From a virus (lineage: Duplodnaviria; Heunggongvirae; Uroviricota; Caudoviricetes), in the IMG/VR virus record IMGVR_UViG_2645727555_000028, positions 1-39,667 of that record: a stretch of DNA of 39,667 nt. One strand, written 5' to 3'. Shown piece after piece: positions 1-9,242 of the stretch. Each line of letters starts with the position of its first letter. Positions within the stretch are counted from its first letter, which is position 1. Under the pieces are notes generated by a model, which saw only the letters and a program-made list of their open reading frames with translations, had not been told where the DNA came from and searched no databases. A program made the translations under genes and the position numbers.

Positions 1-2
1 CA

Positions 3-18
3 CTGTTTATCCACACAG
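3..18. promoter_or_regulatory. LexA (SOS) box 1, CTGT-N8-ACAG
   Basis: ctgtttatccacacag matches the CTGT-N8-ACAG LexA operator pattern, upstream of the dinI-like ORF. Confidence 0.6.
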
Positions 19-28
19 TTAAAAATAA

Positions 29-48
29 TACTGTATACAAACACAGTA
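29..48. promoter_or_regulatory. LexA (SOS) box 2
   Basis: tactgtatacaaacacagta is a near-consensus LexA box (TACTGTATATATATACAGTA), about 15 bp upstream of the ATG at 62. Confidence 0.7.
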
Positions 49-61
49 TGGAGGGACTTTT

Positions 62-310
62 ATGCGTATTGAAATCTGCATAGCCAAAGAAAAAATGACT
101 AAAATGCCAACCGGTGCTGTGGATGCGTTAAAGGAAGAATTAACCCGACGCATCAGTAAGCGTTATGACGATGTTGAGGTGTTAGTAAAAGCCACCAGCA
201 ATGATGGCCTTTCTGTTACACGCACCGCAGATAAGGATTCTGCAAAAACTTTTGTTCAGGAGACTCTGAAAGATACCTGGGAATCTGCTGACGAGTGGTT
301 TGTTCACTAA
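62..310 (+). CDS. DinI-family damage-inducible protein homolog
   Basis: 82-aa ORF starting MRIEI..., ending ...[11 protein letters not shown], typical DinI length and termini; GGAGGG RBS; two LexA boxes upstream. Confidence 0.75.
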   Translation: MRIEICIAKEKMTKMPTGAVDALKEELTRRISKRYDDVEVLVKATSNDGLSVTRTADKDSAKTFVQETLKDTWESADEWFVH

Positions 311-658
311 TAAACACGTAAAATCTGTAACGGCTGGAAATCATTCAATACTCGCACTATCGAAAGTTCACCAGCCAACCGCAGCGCGTTCTTGCATACG
401 ACGTGGCTGCGGTTTCAACTCCGTCCCCCACCAATCATGATTGGGCAGTACCAGTACAGCACTAGTAAAAACTGGAAATAAGCAGTCTCAGCAAAATACC
501 GGCCAGACGGTGAGAAGACAAAAAAGATACGCAAAGTAGCCGCGGCCCTTAGTGACATGAAATCCCGCTATACGGGCTTTTTTGTATCTGCACACGATTG
601 ATTATTAGGTCCGTATAGCTAATAGTGGTCTTAACCTACATATAGAATCAGAGACTTT

Positions 659-1354
659 ATGAAAAAGGAAATACTCAAGGCTCTTTGCCCTACATGCGGT
701 GGGTTACGTAACTGCACTGTGCATGGGAAGCTAACCACTAGCTGGGAGGATTCCCAATATCCAGTTTATGGGTACCATTACCATCACCTACTCCAATGCA
801 ATGGCTGTGATACTGTCTTCTATCACCACAACGAACACTTTAGTGAGCATACTACCCACGAATATCGTGATGGTGAATTTGTAGAAACGCCTATAGATAT
901 GATCACTACCTATCCTGCCGCTGAAACATTTCAAGCTCCGATATGGTTATCCAAGCTTGAATCAGTTGATCGTCAGCTCTTTCAAATATTTAATGAAATG
1001 TATTCTTCATATACTTCTGACCATTTCATTCTTTCGTCCATCGGTTTACGGACGATTTTTGATCGAACTGCTGAACTGTTACAAATTCACCCCGGTTTGC
1101 CGCTTGGTGAAAAAGTTGAAAAATTAAAACAAGATGGAGTCATAGGCGACACTGAGGCATGCGTTATATCTTCTGTAATTGATGCAGGAAACGCCGCCGC
1201 ACATCGCAGTTGGAGCCCGAATAAAAGTGAGTTCGAACAAATGCTAGAAGCTATAGAAAGTTTTGTCCAAAGAACTATCTTGGGCAAAAAATCACTTGAA
1301 CATATAACCAAACAACTCCCACCTCGGGTTACAAGACCTAAAAATAGTGCATAA
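659..1354 (+). CDS. cargo protein: N-terminal CxxC...CxxC zinc-ribbon plus C-terminal domain resembling DUF4145 (N-x3-H motif, GNAAAH)
   Basis: 231-aa ORF; Cys pairs at residues 10/13 and 47/50; C-terminal region with IDAGNAAAH; locus visibly AT-richer than the adjacent phage genes; sits in the slot where e14 carries mcrA. Confidence 0.5.
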   Translation: MKKEILKALCPTCGGLRNCTVHGKLTTSWEDSQYPVYGYHYHHLLQCNGCDTVFYHHNEHFSEHTTHEYRDGEFVETPIDMITTYPAAETFQAPIWLSKLESVDRQLFQIFNEMYSSYTSDHFILSSIGLRTIFDRTAELLQIHPGLPLGEKVEKLKQDGVIGDTEACVISSVIDAGNAAAHRSWSPNKSEFEQMLEAIESFVQRTILGKKSLEHITKQLPPRVTRPKNSA

Positions 1355-1380
1355 TCCGCGATCATCAATGTGGCGTAAGG

Positions 1381-1938
1381 TTATGGTTTACTTGCTACAG
1401 GGAATTTTTTATACACCGTTGAAATACCCAGATCATAAATCAGTGCGACTTGCTGCTGATATATTCCCGATTCAATCAACCTGCCAGCCTGCTCCCATTG
1501 TTCTACTGTCAGCTTTGGCTTTCGCCCACCATTCCTCCCTTCTTGTCGTGCTGCGGCAAAGCCCGCCCTAGTACGTTCGACAATAAGCTCTCGCTCCATT
1601 TCAGCCAGGGCACCCATCACATGAAAGAAAAAGCGCCCCATTGGTGTGCTGGTATCAATAGCATCCGTCAGGCTGCGAAAATTAACGCCACGTTCGCGCA
1701 ACTCCTCCACCAGCACGACAAGATGCCGCATACTGCGCCCCAGTCGGTCCAGTTTCCAGACTACCAGAGTGTCACCTGCTGATAATGTTCTGAGCAGTTT
1801 TTTCAGTCCCGGTCGGTCGGACTTAGTGCCGCTGATCTTATCTTCAAAAATCAGCTCACATCCTGCACACTCCAGCGCATTACGCTGCAATTCCGTATTC
1901 TGGTCATTTGTTGATACGCGGACATAGCCAATAAGCAT
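1381..1938 (-). CDS. pin: serine-recombinase DNA invertase (Pin/Gin/Hin family)
   Basis: translation MLIGYVRVSTNDQNT...LVVWKLDRLGRS... is a canonical resolvase/invertase catalytic domain with a C-terminal HTH; start placed at the internal MLIGY Met by comparison with the 184-aa Pin I recall; a gix-like site lies immediately upstream. Confidence 0.9.
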   Translation of the reverse strand: MLIGYVRVSTNDQNTELQRNALECAGCELIFEDKISGTKSDRPGLKKLLRTLSAGDTLVVWKLDRLGRSMRHLVVLVEELRERGVNFRSLTDAIDTSTPMGRFFFHVMGALAEMERELIVERTRAGFAAARQEGRNGGRKPKLTVEQWEQAGRLIESGIYQQQVALIYDLGISTVYKKFPVASKP

Positions 1939-1996
1939 GAGCATTCCCCTGAGTAAAAACCGGGGATGATGCCAGTTAGCCATAATCTCTGCATTT

Positions 1997-2020
1997 TCTT
2001 AAACGTTGGTTTAGGAGAAG
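1997..2020. other. invertase crossover site (gix/hix-like), left
   Basis: ttcttaaacgttggtttaggagaa; its reverse complement ttctcctaaaccaacgtttaagaa closely matches the site at 3879-3904. Confidence 0.7.
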
Positions 2021-2517
2021 GCTCAGCATTGCCTGTTGGCGTACCTGTTCCGTGGCCCTCAGCCACTCCGCCAACAGGCTGGCTAAAATGCAACGGAGCA
2101 GCTTTTTCTGCTGAAGAATACCCGGAACTGGCAAAGGCTTACCCGACAAATAAATTGCCTGATTTACGTGGTGAGTTTATTCGTGGCTGGGATGACGGAC
2201 GTGGTATGGATACGGGGAGGGCAATATTATCAGCTCAGGGCGATGCCATACGTAATATCTATGGTGAGTTCAGAACTGTAAACACTGAAAATTATTCAAT
2301 ATGGGAAACAGTAGGTTCGTTTAAGGGGGCCATAGTGCCATTGAGTCCCTCTACAAACAATAGTTATTTCTCCTTAACCAGAAGTATGGTGACAGAAAGA
2401 GCAGACGGCGCTGTTTACCCAAAAGTGATTGGCCTTGATGCTTCAAGAATTGTTCCAACTGCAAACGAAAACCGTCCTCGTAACATTGCCTTTAATTATA
2501 TCGTGAGGGCTGCCTGA
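2021..2517 (+). CDS. silent alternative tail-fibre C-terminal cassette (Sv'-like), no start of its own in this orientation
   Basis: ORF continuous from the crossover site to the stop at 2517; order matches stfE-tfaE of e14; would fuse to the constant tail-fibre N-terminus after inversion. Confidence 0.6.
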
Positions 2518-3119
2518 TGAATAAAGCGGTATTAAATAACGAACTCATTGCTATAAAAGCGGGAGACATTACCATTTATAATTATGATGGTGAAACGCGG
2601 GAATATATTTCCACATCAACTGAATATCTTGCTGTGGGTGTCGGTATCCCGCCATGTTCCTGTTTAGATGCTCCTGGCTCATATAAAGCTGGTTATGCAA
2701 TCTGCCGTTCTGCAGATTTTAACTCATGGGAATATGTGCCAGACCATCGCGGTGAAGTTGTCTATAACACCGAAACGGGAGAATCAAAAGAAATCACAGC
2801 TCCGGGTGATTACCCTGAAAATACAACCACTATCGTCCCGTTAACGCCATACGATAAATGGGATGGTGAGAAATGGGTGACAGATACTGAGGCACAGCAT
2901 AATGCCGCAGTAGACGCGGCAGAAGCACAGCGCCAGTCACTGATTGATGCAGCAATGGCTTCCATCAGTCTGATTCAGCTGAAATTACAGGCCAGACGTA
3001 AACTGACGCAGGCAGAAACAACCCGACTAAACGCTGTGCTGGATTACACTGACGCGGTGACGGCAACAGATACCAGCACCGCGCCGGACGTCATCTGGCC
3101 TGAACTGCCGGAGGCGTAG
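2517..3119 (+). CDS. tail fibre assembly protein (Tfa), silent-orientation copy
   Basis: 200-aa ORF with Tfa-type C-terminus (..LDYTDAV...APDVIWPELPEA); ATG overlaps the stop of the preceding cassette. Confidence 0.75.
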   Translation: MNKAVLNNELIAIKAGDITIYNYDGETREYISTSTEYLAVGVGIPPCSCLDAPGSYKAGYAICRSADFNSWEYVPDHRGEVVYNTETGESKEITAPGDYPENTTTIVPLTPYDKWDGEKWVTDTEAQHNAAVDAAEAQRQSLIDAAMASISLIQLKLQARRKLTQAETTRLNAVLDYTDAVTATDTSTAPDVIWPELPEA

Positions 3120-3531
3120 GCCATTCAATATCTGGCGCACCGGAAGTATCGACCAGCTCCAGTGCGTCCAGATAATCCAGCCACAAATTATATTGCGCCA
3201 GTTCCTCACCTTTCAGACGACCAATCGCCGCTTTACCAGGCCATTGCTTACTGTTTATGTATTCGTTGACCTGATTAATCAATTGCTGCTTTTCCAGTTC
3301 GGCTGCGGCAATTTGTTCCTCATGAGTTGGCGGTGGAATATCAATCCATGCAGGCATTCCGTCGATGACACCTCTGTATTTTCCTTCTGGTGCTTCCTTC
3401 ATAAATTCGGCGGCAACAGTGTCGTCAATTTCGATTCCATCATCGGGCCATTCGCCGGATTCCTGATAAGCGATTTTAAGCTCCACAGGGAAAAACGCAT
3501 TTTTATCGGCACTGAAAATATATTTCTGCAT
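3091..3531 (-). CDS. tail fibre assembly protein (Tfa), expressed-orientation copy
   Basis: 146-aa ORF with Tfa-type C-terminus (..WLDYLDALELV..APDIEWPTPP), directly downstream of the tail-fibre gene. Confidence 0.75.
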   Translation of the reverse strand: MQKYIFSADKNAFFPVELKIAYQESGEWPDDGIEIDDTVAAEFMKEAPEGKYRGVIDGMPAWIDIPPPTHEEQIAAAELEKQQLINQVNEYINSKQWPGKAAIGRLKGEELAQYNLWLDYLDALELVDTSGAPDIEWPTPPAVQAR

Positions 3532-3533
3532 TT

Positions 3534-4181
3534 CTACCGTCCTATCGAAATATAACTGAATCTGTATTGCTGTGAGATATCACTGGTTGCCACACGCCAC
3601 GCTGAATTACTGATATGTTCAAAATTTACAGACAAAACCTGCGGGGCAGGATTCGACGGGTCTGACTGAACGGCATCAGACATAACACTGACTGAAACCA
3701 TCGGCTGATTAGGGAATGGTATAGGGAAGTGTCCACTGATAAAGCGGGTCGTGTTTCCTGAAAAAGTGCCAAACTGAACAATATATCCACCTGGTAGCCT
3801 GAACCATCCCGAACCAGAAGCGAATGCTCCCATATCCGGTATCTGATTATCTCCTGTGCCCACATCCCTTTTCGCCGCTTCTCCCAAACCAAGGTTTTCG
3901 AGAGCCGTTTTCACCGTGCCATCCGATTTGATATCACCAAACGGATTCTTGCGGCTTAACAGCAGAGCACGAAGCGCGGTAAGCAACTGGTCGTTTCGCC
4001 CCTTCTCCAGGCTGGCACCGGATGCCTCCACCACGCTGCAAAGCTCCTCCTGCAACATATCAAAGTAGTCATCATCCAGATCGGTGGCAGGTGTGCCGGT
4101 CTGGGGGTTACCACGGGTAAAACCGTTCTTACCCGCGCCGAACTTATCCTTCTGCGCGGTTTTCGTGTCTATACGATGCAT
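3534..4181 (-). CDS. tail fibre protein (constant N-terminus 3905-4181 fused to the currently in-frame variable C-terminus)
   Basis: 215-aa ORF spanning the right gix-like site; position after the baseplate genes; e14 stfP-like. Confidence 0.7.
   Translation of the reverse strand: MHRIDTKTAQKDKFGAGKNGFTRGNPQTGTPATDLDDDYFDMLQEELCSVVEASGASLEKGRNDQLLTALRALLLSRKNPFGDIKSDGTVKTALENLGLGEAAKRDVGTGDNQIPDMGAFASGSGWFRLPGGYIVQFGTFSGNTTRFISGHFPIPFPNQPMVSVSVMSDAVQSDPSNPAPQVLSVNFEHISNSAWRVATSDISQQYRFSYISIGR
3879..3904. other. invertase crossover site (gix/hix-like), right, inside the tail-fibre gene
   Basis: ttctcccaaaccaaggttttcgagag; inverted repeat of 1997-2020; resembles the gix/hix core (..AAACC..GGTTT..). 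Confidence 0.7.
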
Positions 4182-4184
4182 GGA

Positions 4185-4769
4185 TTACTCCGGATATTTA
4201 AAAATTACGTAGGTATGCGACGGGCAGAGTTTGTTAAGCACACACTCGACAACGGTGTCACCCCAGATACGCAGTGCGGAATCACAGGGATCGCCACATG
4301 TCATCCAGGTGGAGTTGGTGGTGGCTGGCATGTTGACCTGCCAGTAATACCGCCATTCCGGCGCATTCACCGCGTCAGTACAGGCCGATGAGCAGGTGAA
4401 AGTGCTTTTGTCGTATCGCGTGATGGTGGCATCTGGTCTGCCCAGGGCAGCAAGCTGTGCAAGATAAAAATCCTCGTTGATGCCGCCCGCCAGGTTAACC
4501 TTCGCATCCAGCCGTTGCTGACGCTGGCGAAGGGTCTGCGTTCCCGCCGGAATACATTCATCCGGCAGACCGCACAGACGCTCCCAGCGGTTTATCAGTT
4601 CAGTGGTGGTGCGCGGATCCAGCTCCCGCATCAGGGCATCCGCACGCTGATGAACACGGGTTAATGACGGTGCCGCACCGGCAATCGCCGGATCGCTGGC
4701 TGACCACGCCGGACCGGGCGGCAACAGTGCCGATAACAGGCGGATGTAATCATCGTTTGTCACGTCCAT
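4185..4769 (-). CDS. ymfQ: tail protein, Mu gp48-like (DUF2313), YmfQ-like
   Basis: 194 aa; position between baseplate J and tail fibre; length and order match e14 ymfQ. Confidence 0.65.
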   Translation of the reverse strand: MDVTNDDYIRLLSALLPPGPAWSASDPAIAGAAPSLTRVHQRADALMRELDPRTTTELINRWERLCGLPDECIPAGTQTLRQRQQRLDAKVNLAGGINEDFYLAQLAALGRPDATITRYDKSTFTCSSACTDAVNAPEWRYYWQVNMPATTNSTWMTCGDPCDSALRIWGDTVVECVLNKLCPSHTYVIFKYPE

Positions 4770-5818
4770 GAAATCGTCCCCAGTACCGCCAGTTCGTTTT
4801 TCGCAATGGAGATATTGTCCACCGGTGCAAGCAACTGATGGCTGTATTCCCCGTTCGCACCGGAAATCGCCTCACTGATACGCGATACCTTGAGTTCTCC
4901 CTGCGGATAACCATCACGCAGCAGGAACGAACGCAACTCCGCGGTAATGGCAGCCCGTATTTCTGGTGTGTCCGGCGTCACGCGGATATGAAAATCCACC
5001 GTATGTGCCACCGGCCTGAATACATACAAATCAGAGCCTGCCACCGGGGCCAGTGGCCAGATATGTTGTCTTGCTGCCGTTTCCGTTGATTCTTCCGGAA
5101 TGGGATTAATCAGGTCACTGCTGGCAATCATCACACCGACAGTTCCCGTTCCCATCCAGTGACGGTATGTCCATGCGCGGGTAATGCCGGGCACTTCTTT
5201 AGCCCAGACGACATAGTCCCCGTCAGCCCCGCCCTGAGGCGTCCAGTAATACCGCTCAATGACGCGGGCGCGCCACGTTTCCAGCTCTTCAGTATCAAAT
5301 CCACCTGTCAGGGTATCTGCCACGCCGGAAGACGGCAGACCATTAACCGGCGTGACCAGGATTAATGACGTACCGTCGTCAGCGTTACCGACCGCGCCTG
5401 CACTTGAGCAGGCGATCGGCACGCGCAGGACACTACCGGAGCTGGTTGCATCGGCAGTTGCCGTGTACTGAACCAGGTCATCGCGCTGAATAACACTCCC
5501 GGCGGTCACCTTCAGGCCATCGCTGACACCTTCCCAGCGCATATACCCGCTGGCAGCCGTGGCCCCCTTGCGCGGACACCGTTTCATCGCAGCATGTCGC
5601 GCCAGCCAGGACTCATCGCACAGGTCAGGCAGAATGTTCATTGCCAGATAATCGATGTACCCGTAAACCGTATGCAGCGCCGCCGCATACACCTTTGCCC
5701 GCACGTCTTCATCCATGCGCCGGAGCGTGTCGCTGACGTCCAGCCTGGCGAATAAATCGTTACGGAGCATACTGATATTTTCTGCCAGCGTCGGGCGCTG
5801 AAATTCACTGTCCGCCAT
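4760..5818 (-). CDS. baseplate J-like protein (Mu gp47 family)
   Basis: 352 aa; order within the Mu-type baseplate module. Confidence 0.75.
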   Translation of the reverse strand: MADSEFQRPTLAENISMLRNDLFARLDVSDTLRRMDEDVRAKVYAAALHTVYGYIDYLAMNILPDLCDESWLARHAAMKRCPRKGATAASGYMRWEGVSDGLKVTAGSVIQRDDLVQYTATADATSSGSVLRVPIACSSAGAVGNADDGTSLILVTPVNGLPSSGVADTLTGGFDTEELETWRARVIERYYWTPQGGADGDYVVWAKEVPGITRAWTYRHWMGTGTVGVMIASSDLINPIPEESTETAARQHIWPLAPVAGSDLYVFRPVAHTVDFHIRVTPDTPEIRAAITAELRSFLLRDGYPQGELKVSRISEAISGANGEYSHQLLAPVDNISIAKNELAVLGTISWT

Positions 5819-6233
5819 GCGTTATCGCACTCCACAGATCATCAAAAGAAATCACTACTGGTCCATCACGACGCCAGAGGGTGATACTGTTACCCAGCTC
5901 ATTAATCCCGGTGCGGTGGATATCCAGATCAATACGGGACACCACGCCGTCATCAATCATCCATTGCAGGCATTCGCGGATATATCCCCTTACCGTCTGC
6001 ACCAGCTGATTGGTCAGTTTGCTGCGCTGAAGCAGCCACAGTCGGGAGCCGTAACGGTCATTCTGTACCGCAGGCCAGGTATCCCCCCACCATCCCATCG
6101 GGACGTCGGCATTGTCATCAGGCTCCGCCCGCCGCCAGGTGAACAGGGAAATCACCACGGCGCGGGTCAGCGGATCCAGCGGTGCGCTGGCGCAGGTGCG
6201 TTTACCGTTCACCGTCAGCCACAGTTCCATCAT
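5805..6233 (-). CDS. baseplate protein, Mu gp46-like
   Basis: 142 aa; overlapping start/stop with neighbours in the baseplate operon. Confidence 0.6.
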   Translation of the reverse strand: MMELWLTVNGKRTCASAPLDPLTRAVVISLFTWRRAEPDDNADVPMGWWGDTWPAVQNDRYGSRLWLLQRSKLTNQLVQTVRGYIRECLQWMIDDGVVSRIDLDIHRTGINELGNSITLWRRDGPVVISFDDLWSAITHGGQ

Positions 6234-6778
6234 GCCTCCATCGCTTTATCAGGTTTGTCGGTGTTACTGCCCTGACCGTTCTCCCTGTGACGATGCCCGT
6301 TATAGGCAAGCCGCATCGCTGACATGGTGGTGCCGCCGGAGTCGCACAGGTCTTTCACCTGTCCGGTCACTTCCAGATCCATTTCAAAACGTGCTTCAGG
6401 TGCATTGCGAAACGTGATCGTTTTCCCTGCACCGTCCACCACGATCCCCTCCCGGGTCAGCGTCACAGACTGCCCCTGATCGTCATAGACAGCCACCTCA
6501 CCCGTCTGCAGCCCTTTCAGGCGGTAGCGCCGGTCCGACACCGTAACAACCACCGCATGAGAACGGTCGCCATCCGGAAACAACACCACCGCTTCCGCAC
6601 CGCTGTTTGCCCTTGCGGTAAAACCGTAGGGTTCAAGATGTTCAACCCCGGCTTTGGGTTCACCGGCAATCAGGGACACATCCACGGTCTGACATTTCGT
6701 GGCGGCACTGATGCTTTTCACCACGGCCCGCCCAATCAGGCCGAGGAGTTGTCGCTGCATGGCTTCAATCGTCCTCAT
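6230..6778 (-). CDS. baseplate assembly protein V / spike (Mu gp45-like)
   Basis: 182 aa; position between hub and gp46-like genes. Confidence 0.65.
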   Translation of the reverse strand: MRTIEAMQRQLLGLIGRAVVKSISAATKCQTVDVSLIAGEPKAGVEHLEPYGFTARANSGAEAVVLFPDGDRSHAVVVTVSDRRYRLKGLQTGEVAVYDDQGQSVTLTREGIVVDGAGKTITFRNAPEARFEMDLEVTGQVKDLCDSGGTTMSAMRLAYNGHRHRENGQGSNTDKPDKAMEA

Positions 6779-7857
6779 CAGAACGGGTCCTCCTGTACTC
6801 TGGCTTTTTTCTTTTTCCGCGCGCCGGGGGCTTCGGGTTCAGGCAGATAAGCATCAGGTGGGCCGACACGGATTTCCGTCAGGGTGCCGTTCTGGTCCTG
6901 AGTAAACGTGACTTCCGAAACAAGCAGTTCAGTATTGTCGAAACCACAGACCGGATCGAAGACAATCACCCGCTGGTTGGGCTGCCACAGCGTACCGTTA
7001 CCCTGTCGCCAGCCCTGCACCACATAGGTGGTTTCATCCGTCCGCGCCGCCCGTTGTCGGGCTTCAAAGTCAGCACGTGCAAAACAGCCTGCCCCCGTAG
7101 CCTGCCCTGTCTGCCTGATATACATCGGACGGTAACGGGCAATAAATGCGTCCTCTGTGCGGGCCCGCAGCGCGGTGGTGGTGGCCTCACCGAAATCATC
7201 GTCGTTTCCGGCACGCTGCCCCGCCACCTGGTAAACAGAAAACCGCTCCCGGATACTCTTCTCCGTATCGCAGGAAAGGATGTTTTCCCCGAGTACCAGC
7301 GCAGTATGTGCCCGCGTTGAGCCAATCCCGCCAATCACCAGCCTGCCGTGCGGGTCGTCATAAGCCAGTGCCTGCTGCTGACCGAGTATTTTGTTGATTA
7401 CCTCAATCACCGTTTCACCATGATCAGGCTGGACATCAGTAATAACACCCGACGGCGCACCGTTGTTCACCACCTCAATGCCGAAAGGCGCAGCAAGCGC
7501 CTGCGCAATCTGTACCAGCGAGCGTCCGTTAAACTGTGTCGGTTCGGCTGCACAGTCAATCAGGTCAGCCGTCAGACTACGTCCGGCAATACCGGTGCTG
7601 ACCGAACGGGCATCGTAACGAACGGGCGTCGCCTCCACCCAGCCGGTGATCACCAGCTCATCACCAATCAGCACTTCCACTTTTGAACCGTTTTTAATGC
7701 GCGGCTGAAGCGTGGTGATACCCTCATCTCCCGGCCACTGGCGAGTGATCTCCACACTGAAATCCCGCGCCAGCCGTTCAATACCGGCACCGATGCGCAC
7801 CGATGTCCAGCCATTCCACTCCCGGCCATTTACCCGTAGTGTGACATTGTCGTTCAT
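6778..7857 (-). CDS. baseplate hub / tail protein (Mu gp44 / P-like)
   Basis: 359 aa; follows the DNA-circularization-like gene as in Mu. Confidence 0.65.
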   Translation of the reverse strand: MNDNVTLRVNGREWNGWTSVRIGAGIERLARDFSVEITRQWPGDEGITTLQPRIKNGSKVEVLIGDELVITGWVEATPVRYDARSVSTGIAGRSLTADLIDCAAEPTQFNGRSLVQIAQALAAPFGIEVVNNGAPSGVITDVQPDHGETVIEVINKILGQQQALAYDDPHGRLVIGGIGSTRAHTALVLGENILSCDTEKSIRERFSVYQVAGQRAGNDDDFGEATTTALRARTEDAFIARYRPMYIRQTGQATGAGCFARADFEARQRAARTDETTYVVQGWRQGNGTLWQPNQRVIVFDPVCGFDNTELLVSEVTFTQDQNGTLTEIRVGPPDAYLPEPEAPGARKKKKARVQEDPF

Positions 7858-9182
7858 TGCACTGGCACCTTCAGAGGGATCACCGGCACAAAGCCGGGAT
7901 GCGTAATGGCATTACGCCGGATAATGTCCGCGTCACGCGCCGCGTTATCAAACCAGGTCGCCGCCAGCACCAGCGCGGGTAAAACCTCATCCGGTGTGCG
8001 CTGAATGATCCGTGCAGACTGTTCAAGGCGCGTGTTGATATCCGCATTCAGATCTGCTTTCACCCGGCGCAGCGCCAGAAACAGCGCATCACTGGTTGTA
8101 CGGGACAACTCCTTATCAATTGCCGTATTCAGTGTGTCGCGAATGTCAGTCAGTTCTTCCCACGTCGGCAGGTCAACCGTGTTTTTCACCGCCGGTGCAT
8201 TGTTCAGTGCCGGATGCGTGACGGAAGGCCAGCCAGTGCTCTGCGCAGGTGTTGTTGCCTGCTCCACTGCGGCATTCTGCATCACCGCGGAAGTTGTTGG
8301 CGCAGGCAATCGGGTGACGGCATACGCCGCTTCGCTGATTGCGGTCGTACGAAGGGTGCTGGCAACCACGTTACGCTGCTGCGTCGCCGTGGCGGTGGTT
8401 TTACTGTCCGTTTTCCAGACGCCGCGCGGTTGCAGATCGCTGCCGAGGCTGACACCGGAAAGCGTTTTGATCATGGTGACCAGGTCGCTGGCGTTACCAT
8501 AAAGGCGTTTCCCGGTACGCCACATTTTCTGCACCTGCTCAACGAAATTTTTGCCTGACGATGGCGGCGGCAGAAGTACCGAGATATCCCCCTGCAACAG
8601 CCTGGCGGCATCCGATACGGCAGAATCCACCACTTTCATCGCATCAGAAACATACCCAAGCATTGTGCTGGCATTACCGACGACGTCGTTCTGCACAAAA
8701 TCTGCCACGCCATCGATACTGAAACCACTGAAACTGTCACTGATGCAGTCATCCAGTGCAGAACAGGATGACATCAGCGTCTGCGCCGTCGCCGCACCTG
8801 ATGTGGGGTAAGAGAGTTCTCCCGCTTCGACAAACTTCAGGTCAAAGCGGACAATACGCCCTTCACTCTTCGATGTGCTGACCCGAACCTCCCCGTCAAC
8901 ACAGACTTTCAGCTCACCGTATGTCGGATGGACAAGCGTGCCGGGACCGGGTTTATTCAGCGCGTCAATCAGGCGATCGCGCTGGTCAAAGCAGTCATCT
9001 CCCACCACATAAGCCGTGATGGACGGGCGGAAAGTGATTTTCCCCAGGTCTTCGGCATAGGGTTTGTCGCGGTTCGGGTATTCGTGCGTTTCCACACGAC
9101 GACCGGTTCCCGCACTTTCTTCTTCAACCTTAAACGGCACACCGCGAAATGACGCGTCCTGAAGTCTGTCTTTCCACGTCAT
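7854..9182 (-). CDS. tail/DNA circularization protein (Mu gp43 / N-like)
   Basis: ORF 7854-9224; start placed at the internal Met (MTWKD...) because it has a GGAG RBS and the upstream ATGs overlap an intergenic hairpin. Confidence 0.6.
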   Translation of the reverse strand: MTWKDRLQDASFRGVPFKVEEESAGTGRRVETHEYPNRDKPYAEDLGKITFRPSITAYVVGDDCFDQRDRLIDALNKPGPGTLVHPTYGELKVCVDGEVRVSTSKSEGRIVRFDLKFVEAGELSYPTSGAATAQTLMSSCSALDDCISDSFSGFSIDGVADFVQNDVVGNASTMLGYVSDAMKVVDSAVSDAARLLQGDISVLLPPPSSGKNFVEQVQKMWRTGKRLYGNASDLVTMIKTLSGVSLGSDLQPRGVWKTDSKTTATATQQRNVVASTLRTTAISEAAYAVTRLPAPTTSAVMQNAAVEQATTPAQSTGWPSVTHPALNNAPAVKNTVDLPTWEELTDIRDTLNTAIDKELSRTTSDALFLALRRVKADLNADINTRLEQSARIIQRTPDEVLPALVLAATWFDNAARDADIIRRNAITHPGFVPVIPLKVPVQ

Positions 9183-9242
9183 ATAAACTCCGTACATAAA
9201 AAATCCCACCGGAGTGGGACTCATTAACAGATTAATTTTTCA

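Noticed and set aside
395-445. Possible tRNA 3' fragment (…ggtttcaactccgtcccccacca) as an att core
   Set aside because: The T-arm cannot be folded with proper complementarity, so no tRNA gene is supported; kept only as a generic structured spacer
1347-1927. Several plus-strand ORFs (74-110 aa) overlapping the pin gene
   Set aside because: Antisense to a canonical invertase ORF; no independent support
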